DNA from: Pocillopora damicornis | Lineage: Eukaryota | DNA length: 63,977 bases | Assembly (NCBI RefSeq): GCF_003704095.1 | Contig: NW_020845264.1 | Coordinates: 868,001 to 931,977 of the forward strand | Direction: 5' to 3' | Part shown: positions 54,801-63,977 of the stretch, one piece after another | Position numbering within the stretch: position 1 is the first letter of the stretch | Layout of the letters: each line of letters begins with the position of its first letter | Position numbers and translations under genes: made by a program | The notes under the pieces: model-generated | Databases searched by the model: none | Told to the model about the DNA's origin: nothing | What the model saw: the letters and a program-made list of their open reading frames with translations, nothing else

Positions 54801-56245
54801 AAAGCCTTGAGGATCTAATTCTTATACACTGTTATAAGCCTGAAAAAGGATTTTGATCAGCAAATGTTTTGCTTGTATATCCAGTAGCTACATGTATATT
54901 TATCAAAAATACATATACCTGGTATTTGTGATTTGAAATACAACTTGCACACAGTCCTTTACAGCACACATGTTGAACTTAAGTGATTCTGGTACTGCTA
55001 TATCTGCTTTTGGTAAGACTGCTTTCATAGGAACTGAAAAAATTCCCTCCTAAACAAACAACAGAGTAAAACACTGTAACATCAAAAAGCAAATTATAAT
55101 AATCAGACAAATGCAGGACATCTTCGTAAGCAAATAGTTTTTCATTAGTTTGTCTTTGCATTAACTATTTATCATGCCAGTAACATCCAAGCTGGGACTC
55201 AATTCACAGTAACTTACATTTGTTTCAAATTCTATGCAATCTTCATAATGTCCCTACAAAATAATAATGACAGATCTTGTAAAAACAAAAATGAAGCAAC
55301 TGTTTCAACTAAGCTCTACCAGATATTAAATCAACTCGGATAGTTTAAGAATAACCACATCATATTATACCTTTTCAAGAGGTCTGAATGTGACAGGCAA
55401 AGTAAAGCTGGTTCCAGAGCTTAGCACAATTGGCTTAGGGTAAAGTGTTGTAAAAAATCTACTAGATGGAGACCTGGAAATAGAAATAATACAATGTGAT
55501 AAGAGAGTAATGAAGGAACTGTTGGCTCAACACAGAGACGTGCATATGCATAAACTTTTTCTACTTTTTTAATGCAAAGGGAAAAATGCTTAACTTACCC
55601 CCATGGCTAGACAAATAACAACTTTCTTTCCTTATTCAAAAAATTGTTCATGGTATTTATGTACTGATTAGTTGGAAGCTTCAACATCCTCTCCCCTGGC
55701 AACCTGTGGGAGTGGGGAATTTGAACCTTGTCTCGGTGGGGTGGGGTATTTCAACTATAATTGTCCAGTCCTTCCAGCCAAATACATGTCTTGGAAATCA
55801 GAGTTTTAAGGTAAAGAGTCTGTTGTTGCCAGCAAATTGCTTAGAAAAAAAAATTAACATCATAAAATGACACTTACAAGCTAATAATCCCATAGAAGCA
55901 TGAAAAACTAATACATGCCTTTCCTAAATTCTAAAACAAATGTTGATCATACAAAGAATACTACAACAAATTTTGCTTGGGTAGGTCATTTGAAATCAAC
56001 TCTGGCTTGGGAGTAGAGGGGGTGGAAAATGCTAAAAATCTAATTGAATCATTGCAGCATTTTAATTGAATAAGCTCTGAGGAGCAAAGTACTCACTTGT
56101 AGTGCAGCTTTTTAGTTTTAATCTGCACATTCTTAAGCACAATTTGCTGTGTGTACTCTCCACCAGGCTCCCATCCTTGCCATGTGATGCTGTTGGCAAC
56201 CTCTATTCCAAAATGATTGACACTTCGTTCTGTTTGTACTGGCAT
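36876..56245 (-). CDS. CFAP65: Cilia- and flagella-associated protein 65 (CCDC108), about 47 coding exons
   Basis: The N-terminus [39 protein letters not shown]...[29 protein letters not shown] and the C-terminus [41 protein letters not shown] match CFAP65. Many short GT-AG exons carry Ig-like ASH/MSP-repeat sequence. A probable 5' UTR exon has its donor at 56826. A further upstream coding start cannot be excluded. Confidence 0.9.
38401..38619. mobile_element. piggyBac-type MITE family C
   Basis: Ends in GGGAGTTAAAAGGGTTAA. The internal AGATCTGATTGTTAATTCT motif is shared with about 25469-25680, 45641-45842 (inverted) and 60226-60382. Confidence 0.72.
39958..40239. mobile_element. MITE with degenerate TIRs (TTTCAATT / AATTGAAA) and internal TGATTGG/CCAATCA repeats
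   Basis: Imperfect terminal inverted repeats and multiple internal CCAATCA motifs, inside a CFAP65 intron. Confidence 0.55.
41442..41857. mobile_element. Dispersed repeat/MITE with CCC(A/G)GGG..GTAC termini
   Basis: GGGTATGTGCCACTGGCCTCT..AGAACCCC..ACCCCATTATAGTTTATTCT is shared with partial copies at about 13853-13990 and 52885-53115. Confidence 0.7.
43754..43948. repeat. Tandem duplication of a CFAP65 intron plus 13 nt of the upstream exon
   Basis: Copies 43754-43844 and 43846-43948 are identical apart from a 12-bp indel. Confidence 0.92.
53995..54303 (+). mobile_element. tRNA-derived SINE (degenerate)
   Basis: A-box-like TGGCCTGATAGTTAG and B-box GGTTCAAGACC, followed by a central domain (GCAAAACACTTTACTCCCAC...CAGGAGTATAAATGG) and a body ending in ...GACTTACCTA. 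Confidence 0.75.
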
Positions 56246-56826
56246 GGTGAAAAATATAAGACCCTGTAACTGAAAAAGAAGTTAAGTTTGGTTAGGTATT
56301 GTAGTATGACAGCAGGTGGCGAAAAATGCAACACTGCAAAGGATCAAAGAATGATAAAAAGCAATCATACTAAATAATACTATAGCACAACACAACTACC
56401 AGGTGTTGGAGCAAGTTCTCACCATCATAGACATATGAATGTAATTTCTAGGAAATGCAGGAAATAAACCTGGTGGCCCCACCATGATATAAACAAACTC
56501 ATCTCATCATGCCTTATATTTTCAATCAATATGCACTTCAATCCAATCAAAGAAGCCTTTCTGGCCTGGATTGCGCATATTTGCAGTCCTACAGTAAGCT
56601 CCAGTTTCGGTAGCGAATAAGAGTATCTAGACATCGAGATCTGTGCATGCACCGAGGTGCACGATATACAATTTTCCACTTTGCATTGCTACTGCGCTGT
56701 ATTCTTCCAAATGCAGGAGGCAATTTTCCCATCTCATCAGCTAAAGTTGTATTTGTACAGTTCTCACCAATCCTTGAAGGAATATTGTTCATCATTTAGT
56801 TAAACAGCATCATTGAATGAACTCAC

Positions 56827-57040
56827 CGACTAAATTAGAAAACCATTACTCTCTGAATACAATAATCGATATTCTAGGCTGTTCTCGATGACAGTACACG
56901 AAAGATCAAATTCGCTCCAGATTTACAAAGATGGCGCCTACAAAGTTGTTGTTGAGAATCACCGTAGTTACGAAATTACCATATTTGGCATAACTCGCTC
57001 CAGGTCTCTTGCTATATTTGACCTCGGCCGTGAACATAAT
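56827..57040. promoter_or_regulatory. Bidirectional promoter region CFAP65 / DAPP1
   Basis: The probable CFAP65 5' UTR exon donor (GTGAGT on the - strand at 56821-56826) lies about 215 bp from the DAPP1 ATG. YY1-like AAGATGGCG at 56928-56936 and CArG-like CCATATTTGG at 56979-56988. Confidence 0.5.
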
Positions 57041-60000
57041 ATGGACTCATCATCAAAGGAGAGTATAGAGGATATCCCGTAAGTTTTTTCATTTTAGCGC
57101 TGATTTCTGGTAATATAGCAGAGGATTAAGGCAAATAATCTCAAATTGATGTCAATAGGACGGGATATCCAAATATACAACGAATGTGGCGAACGTTCAC
57201 GAAATGCTCAAACTTTTGTGGTTCAGCATACTAAATCAGCTGTGATCTTTTCTTCTATTCTGTATTTTTTGCGATAGTTTGAATCACATAGGTAAAATTG
57301 ATGATCTCGTGTTGTTTTTCATCAGAGTGGCATTATTACTGACTGATCCTATGTTTTAATGCGATTTTAAAGCTTCTATATTGCGTTGTGCACAGATGTT
57401 GATATTGTCAGCTGTACATCTATTCTCCAGTCATGCATATATTTAACGCGGTTTCCAGGAGTTATAAAAACAAGTTCAGACAAGCAGCTGATGAGTACCT
57501 TATTCAGTCACCTGATAACTTGATATCTTAATCTATTAATCCTGATGATTTTTAACTCAAGATCTTAGAGTTGATACCCCTAACTAATATTTAAACATTT
57601 GTTTTTTTGCTTTAGAAAGTACTGGGAGTATATTCGAAACTAGATCAGAGGGACATTATTCTTTTATGGTATCTTCTCAATCATGAGCAGTCTTACTACA
57701 CCTGTCTGAGCGACAGGAAAAAAATTCAAGTGAAAGAATTAACTCTCTTTTTTTGGTCTCAAGCCTTAATTTTTTGGGTTTGGTTTTAACTTTTATTAAA
57801 TTCCTTATTTTGTTGAATTTGACTGCTTTTGCACCTATGATGCAATATAAGTAACGTTGTTGCCTGGGTAAGTGACAGCTTTTTAAAATTGAATACTGTC
57901 AATTTTTTTACATACTTTCTCTTTCCCCTCATCCTGATTTTCTGATCTTTCACATATGAAGTTTATGTTGTTCATAGCTACTTCCTGGTTTGGGGTCTTT
58001 GACCATTATTCATAGTGCTCTTGCTCAATCCGAACAGATTCTCTTAGAAAACTGAGATCTCCTTTAATGAGGTTTCTGATCTTTATAGTATGACCTTAAA
58101 GGTAAATTCTGATCTGTCAGATGGTACCACGCTAACCTGACAAGGAATGGTGCCGAGGTGTTGCTGCTTGCTTATGGCTGTGAAGGAAGCTATTTACTGA
58201 GACCAAGTAAAAACAACCCAGGGAACTACACTGTATCAGTCAAGTATGCTCTTAATTTGTAATGTCAATAGGTTTACCTAATGTGGCTGTTGTTCTTTTA
58301 TTTTGTTTTCACAGGTTGTACAATTTTAGGCCCAGTCTTAATTAAGACACAATTTGATCTTGACAAATTATGGTGAATAATTGATGATTGTCTCTTTCTT
58401 TTAGGAGTGTTGATTCAGTAAGGCACTTTCCACTGGTTTATGATAACAGAAAGTTTGTCTTTGGAGTTGGAGAATTTTTTAATGTTGAGCAGCTACTGGA
58501 ACATTTCCAGAATTTTCCAATCATTGCAGGAGATACAGGTTTGGTAATTTGTACACATCTCCATTTGAAATCAATCAGAAATCAAAATCTACTTTTGTCT
58601 GTTATTTAATTCTTTGGCATTCATGTGAAGCCTCTTTCAACTTCTTAATCTCTTATGTATAATTATTGAAAAAAGGTTGGGTTTTTGGGGCATTAAATTT
58701 CTTCCTGACTGTCTAATTTTTATCAAGTTGATATTTAGACTGATCAAACAAGCATACCTACTAACATTGCTTAATATTCAAAAGCTTTAAGGTGATACTA
58801 CTGTTGGATTATGAAATCATAATAACAAAATAATGTAAACTGAATTGACCAGTATCTTGCTAATTTGATGATTGTCTATTACAAACAGGTCAAGCTGTTA
58901 CACTTGCTTATCCATATCCTTCTACGGTTAAGGAGCCATCAGTATATGAGGACATCACTAGACATGTAGTGCGCGGGAGCTCTTTAAAGTGTCACACCTT
59001 TTCCAACCCAATTTCACCTGAAAAGGTATCATCAGACATGGATTGGTCGGTGAGTAAAAAACAGTATGAAATTAGCAGTAATTCAATGTTTAGAAATGAT
59101 TTAACCCCTTAACCCCTTAGGATAGCTAGCAGGTAATATCAGATTTGAATATTAAGCCCTGAGAATAAAGGAAATGATAATCAATTATATTAGCTCTCAA
59201 TGGTCAGACAAATTCTTCTTGTCAGCACCAAAGGAAATAGATAGAGGATAGAATGGAGAATATGCACACTGATGTTAGGGTAGAAAGGGTTATGGTCCAA
59301 GGTTTGCAGCAGAGTTCATGTAGAAAGTTAAGTATTAGAGTTTTCATTATTTTTTAATGGGATTGCTCTATCCAGTTATGTAGGGAAAAAAATTGTCCGT
59401 AAATTTTTTCATTGTGATTTGTAGGTTGCATCAAAGGAAGGATTTCTTACCAAAAGAGGAGCTGTTCATAAGGTAAACATTCTCATCATAGATTCATTTA
59501 TTTGTTTTGAAATGTTTGATAGAAAAAAAAAATCACTCTTCATTTGTTTCTTATGAAGGAAAGTCTATGAAAGTACCAAAGACTCAATAAATAAAATGTA
59601 AAAGTAAACATTCAAATTCATCTATCAATTCAGAAAAGTAGTCAAATCACACTATTTGATTATGAAACCATGTTATTTTCTTGTAGAACTGGAAGAGACG
59701 GTGGTTTGTTACAAATAGATATATGCTTCAGTACTATAACCAACGAGGGGTAAGGATTGTGTGTAGTAGCTATTATGCATGTTGTGGTATTGGTGCACAT
59801 TGGTTGAAGTTTATACTATTTTTGCAACTACTACTACTAGATATATTATCTGTTTAAACTCTCAAGGTGGTTACAGTAATTTAATACAGCTTTGATTTTT
59901 AATGTACAGTGTATGATTGTTCTTGCTAAAATTGGCACTCATTCTTGATCAACACACTTGAAAGGAATATCTAAATATAAACTTCAACTGCCTCTTTGCA

Positions 60001-61673
60001 GGATAAGAAACCTTTAAGAGTACTTGACCTCCGCCTAGCAGAAGAAGTCTTTAAAAATGACACATGTGGAAAGCCTAATGCCTTTAGGTAATTTGTTAAG
60101 AAGAGGAAATTGTAATGTTGATTACATGTATAGCACAGAAACCTATCCATCAGGTATTTTTTAGTTAACAAACCAGGATAGTTGATGTGGATTTGAGTAT
60201 TAGTGGAGAGTCATACTGTTGGGGGTTAACCCTTTAACTTCCGAGATCTGATTGCTAATTCTTCCCTCCGGCTACCACACATTTCCTTGTAGATTAGTTA
60301 CGAGAATTTGATTTGTTGATCAAGCTAGGTAACAACTTTTACCCCATTAATTTGAGTATTCTCATCACCTGTTTGCTGGATTAAAAACAAAGATTACCCT
60401 GACCTGTTGTGCTTTGTTTTTTTTATTTCATCTACCACTGATAAAAATTTGTGAATTTTTATTTTTTTTAGCTTAGTTTTTCCAGACAGAACGTTTTTTC
60501 TTTATGCTGACTCTGTGCGAGAAATGCAAGAATGGATTGAATTGCTCAAATGGAAATTGGTAATTTTCTTTTGTGTGAAATGTGTTTGTTCTTCAGTTTG
60601 GTTGTATTAATTACCTGATAAATTTGTTTGCTGGGTAATGCGTGAATTTTAAAGGGAGGTCACATTTTATCTTCTTTGTGGAGTTAAACGGTTACTAGAT
60701 ACAGTCATTCCTAATTGTAAGATTGAGACTGCATCTGTAAAGTTACATGCAGCAGCAACCCTTATCGAATGTGATTACTTTCTGACCATTTTTTTTTATA
60801 CAGAAAAAAACATTATTACAAGACCACATTTTGTAGAGTTGTATTGTTGTAGTTCATTTTGTTCCATTTGAGTGATAAATTGATGGTACAGAATTTGATA
60901 ATACAATAATTTCAGCTTCTGTAGGGTTTCCTCAGATCATTGCACCCCTCAAAATTGCTAATATTACTTAACTGCTTTAAATTTGAATAAAAATGATAGT
61001 CACTGTGATCTCTGTCATCTTTGATATAATTATGAATTCTGTGGCCTCTGTAAACTTCCATCTTTTTATGTTATGTGGAAAAATAAATGTATGAATAATT
61101 TCAAATCATTAATTTTTCCTAACAGAATAAAGTGAAGCTAAAAACTCGCTGTGGTAAGTATTTTGTAGCAAGTGCCATGATAATGAAGATGTATCTTCTC
61201 TATGCCCACCTTGGTAGGCCTTGTACTGAATGTAAGCCTGCCGGGGGCAGTGTGGCTGTGTGGTGCAGTCGCTAGTCTTGTAATCTGGTGGTCTCAGGTT
61301 CAAACCCCCCACCTTGCTACTTACTTGATTTATTTTCAGTTGCCCTGTATATGGCTAACTGGTCTGCATCCTGCCAACTGGGGTTCCTAAACACTATTTT
61401 GATGTTTATTTACTATGTTTATTTCCAATTTGTTTGAATCAATTTTTTTTCTAACTTTGTAATTGCACTGAGACTTGTGAAATGAGTTATAAGAATGGCT
61501 TTGTTATTACTAGTATTGTTATTATTATCATTATTATTAGTTTCCCTAAAGTATACTCATCACACAATGTTTGTCTTTCTGTATGGTGTATTACACATTT
61601 TATGTTCATATTGTTTTCCACATACAAAGTTGTTATAATATTTCTTTTTTTGTTGTTTTCAGACACTTTATAA
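57041..61673 (+). CDS. DAPP1: Dual adaptor of phosphotyrosine and 3-phosphoinositides (Bam32), SH2 + PH; exons 57041-57078, 58121-58243, 58405-58538, 58889-59049, 59425-59472, 59687-59749, 60002-60087, 60472-60559, then alternative last exons (60804-60836, or 61126-61153 + 61663-61673, or 61663-61689)
   Basis: SH2 WYHANLTRNGAEVLLLAYGCEGSYLLRPS...DSVRHF, linker YPYPSTVKEPSVYEDI, and PH KEGFLTKRGAVHKNWKRRWF...LVFPDRTFFLYA...EWIELLKWKL closely follow DAPP1. All junctions are in phase. The last exon is uncertain. Confidence 0.9.
61244..61540 (+). mobile_element. tRNA-derived SINE with (TTA)n-like tail
   Basis: A-box-like TGGCTGTGTGG, B-box GGTTCAAACCC, core CTGGTCTGCATCCTGCCAACTGGGGTT, and an ATT-rich tail at about 61503-61540. 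Confidence 0.65.
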
Positions 61674-62388
61674 AAGTGAAAGGAGGTAATTAGCTCGCAG
61701 ACATCAAAACACTTAGGAAGTTTAAAATATTCTGCACATACTATAGCTAAGTTATTATGTAAATATTGTTCTCAGAGTTTTTTATATACTTTTGTAAACA
61801 TTTAATACATTTACTTAAAAGTGATTTTGAAAAAAGTTAATATTTCCTATTTACACAGACATCTATTGATTAACTATCTGTTACACTTAAGTGCAGTTTT
61901 TACAATAAGAAAAAGAATGTTAAAATTTTAAAATAAATTCTAGAATACACTCTAAAATGTGGTTTGATGATGACAATAACATGGTGACATGATGATGGTT
62001 TGACATTTCAAGGTAGATTATTGATCTTGTGGGGGCACTGATGTGCTGGGTTTAAAAATCAGAGCCCTCTTTTAACCAGATTTTTATCATTCTTAGGATT
62101 AAAGGGTTAATGCCATAAACTTCCAGTCTGTCTACTTACACCCAATGGTCACCATATCTTCATTATTTGCAGGGTGGGAAATTTTTTTATAGATTACTTG
62201 TATTTGCTTACTTAACTGTATGCTACAATCTGCAGGTATTGCCACATGTATTATAAAAATTATTGTTACTGTGTATATATACATATTAGAAAGATAATAT
62301 ATTAAACAGTTGTTTTGAAATCTGACTTGTGATAAGTCCCTCACTCTTATCCTTAAAGGTATGAATCTGTCTCATCACTATTTGTATA

Positions 62389-62517
62389 TGTTGTGGTTCA
62401 ATTTTATCCTTTGTTTAAATTTTATGTTCTTTTGATTTTGGGTATTGTAATGTATAATAATGAGTTTGAAACAAAGGAAAATAAAATTTGAACCAAGGAG
62501 AAAATTGAACCACAACA
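62389..62517. mobile_element. MITE with 17-bp terminal inverted repeats
   Basis: TGTTGTGGTTCAATTTT ... AAAATTGAACCACAACA. Confidence 0.8.
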
Positions 62518-62955
62518 ATATTTATTTGGTCATTTGAAGAATTTGATCCTCATAAGCTGTTTCTAAGCAATTCACTCAAGAGAAACCTAGTGTGATTGGC
62601 CATTTCCTGTTTAGGACATTGACTGTCCCCCTGTCCCTATTGATGTTACCCTGCGATACTTCTCGACTACGACAACAACAATAAACAACTGTTATAGCAT
62701 ACAAACAACCTCTCATTATGTTGTTGCTGTTGGACGAGGATCTCGAGCCCCATTTGGGTAGTTCTCTTGGGATGCTTTCTCGGTCTAGTAGCAATGAGTA
62801 GGTTATAAATTTATCCAACTAACGTAATGCTAAATCCCTCACAATGGGAAAAGAAAAAGTCGACAAATTAAGTCCATTACATATTGGTCTCGAGCATCAA
62901 TATAGGTAGCTTATTTTCAGAAGTAGTACCAATCTCCAGTGTGTTCCAATTTGCA

Positions 62956-63333
62956 TTATGTACTTCGGCTGACTTCCATATCCAGAATATATCCCCATGT
63001 GTCGGCACTCAGTGGTCCAAGGTGGTTAATATCACTAGGAAGTTCGTCGAGTGCTTTTGTTTGACTGTATCTTCCCTCAAGCCATCGCTTTTTTATCAGA
63101 TTTGTCCCGTAATTTCGGATGAAAATACTTCGCCACCACAAACCAGATTCAATGTCTTGCTTTATATCCTCTTGATTGAGAGAATAACATTTCCCCTTCC
63201 AAAGAAGATCGGAATTGTAAATAAAGTCATACCAGTCTTTACAAGTCTGTGATGCTTGACAGAGACTGTGTGTATCCAAGAAAGAAAATATTGCTAAAAT
63301 CATTTCAGGTGGAAGTGAATTAAAGTCGCACAT
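62956..63333 (-). CDS. FBXO48: F-box only protein 48-like, 125 aa
   Basis: F-box FNSLPPEMILAIFSFLDTHSLCQASQTCKDW followed by LLWKGKC...DIESGLWWR..FIRNY..KKRWLEGRYS...ADTWGYILDME, which follows the FBXO48 C-terminus (WLSGRYS, DADTWGEILEAE). Confidence 0.85.
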   Translation of the reverse strand: MCDFNSLPPEMILAIFSFLDTHSLCQASQTCKDWYDFIYNSDLLWKGKCYSLNQEDIKQDIESGLWWRSIFIRNYGTNLIKKRWLEGRYSQTKALDELPSDINHLGPLSADTWGYILDMEVSRST

Positions 63334-63977
63334 CTTACAAATCTGACGCTTTTGATTTCTATGGAATCAGGTGTCATGAAAGGCGCAAATCAAGGTGTAT
63401 TTTAGAGATACCATGTTGTACATCGAAACGACTTCGATATTGTTTTGTTTCGCTTTGTTTACACGCGTACTCTTCCCTCAGCTGATCACTACAATAATAA
63501 CAGCAGTTTCTTGGTCAGCGGTTTTTTAAAATAAAATTTTGGAATATTAGTAATATGGAATGGACTACACAGCTCTGTGAACGGTAGAACTCATAGCGAT
63601 CTAAATTTTTTTTCTTCAGTCTTTTTTATTATCAAAATTACCAGCTAATCTTCTTCCCTATAAAATAAGCTCCGGTTTGGATTCCGATGGGGACTATCTC
63701 TTTGATAAAGTCTTTCGTGCTAACACCCACTAGGGCTAACACTAGTGGTCATCTTTTGATCTCTCAATGGAATTTACTTCAAGAGAAGAGCGCTATCATT
63801 GGTCTTACGTGTTTGTAGGTATTTAAAAAGTATTTATCGAATTATTTTTGATATGATAGACCACCGGTAAGCGGTCACCAAACGGAGAAGCCTCGGTTTG
63901 GGTGTGAGGTCATCTACAGTCACGCAATGAGTTCAGCGGTAATTTTGGAAAATTGACACCAATATTAGATCAGTTGA

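Noticed and set aside
61989-62045. Box C/D snoRNA-like ATGATGA...CTGA with a U14-like start (TGATGATGGTTT)
   Set aside because: It spans only about 53 nt, the terminal stem is weak, the U14 antisense domains are absent, and it is not clearly intronic.

Overview
This is eukaryotic, intron-rich, AT-rich genomic DNA with two 100-N scaffold gaps (14038-14137, 26911-27010). Gene content and repeat families point to an invertebrate animal, probably an anthozoan or stony coral (inference). Eleven recognisable or domain-supported genes plus one orphan were rebuilt by hand from GT-AG boundaries and reading phase. In order they are: the 3' end of LRRC47; intronless DNAJC22; PEX12 (-); a J-domain-less RJL/DNAJC27-like small GTPase (+) head-to-head with PEX12 at only 84 bp; FAM133 (-); a two-exon orphan coiled-coil gene; an SH3 gene; an intron-containing cytosolic Hsc70; a bacterial-type DegT/DnrJ/EryC1/StrS PLP enzyme ending in a peroxisomal -SKL signal, with a tandemly duplicated first exon/promoter; the roughly 47-exon CFAP65 (-); DAPP1/Bam32 (+); and FBXO48 (-). 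Introns are saturated with TTAA-flanked piggyBac-type MITEs, TA-flanked MITEs, tRNA-derived SINEs and Penelope-like fragments carrying minimal hammerhead-ribozyme cores. The strongest leads are the peroxisome-targeted DegT-family enzyme, the J-less RJL GTPase on an ultra-compact bidirectional promoter, the hammerhead-bearing insertions, and a duplicated intron in CFAP65 that creates a 14-nt poison micro-exon. All gene names come from remembered motifs; no database search was run.
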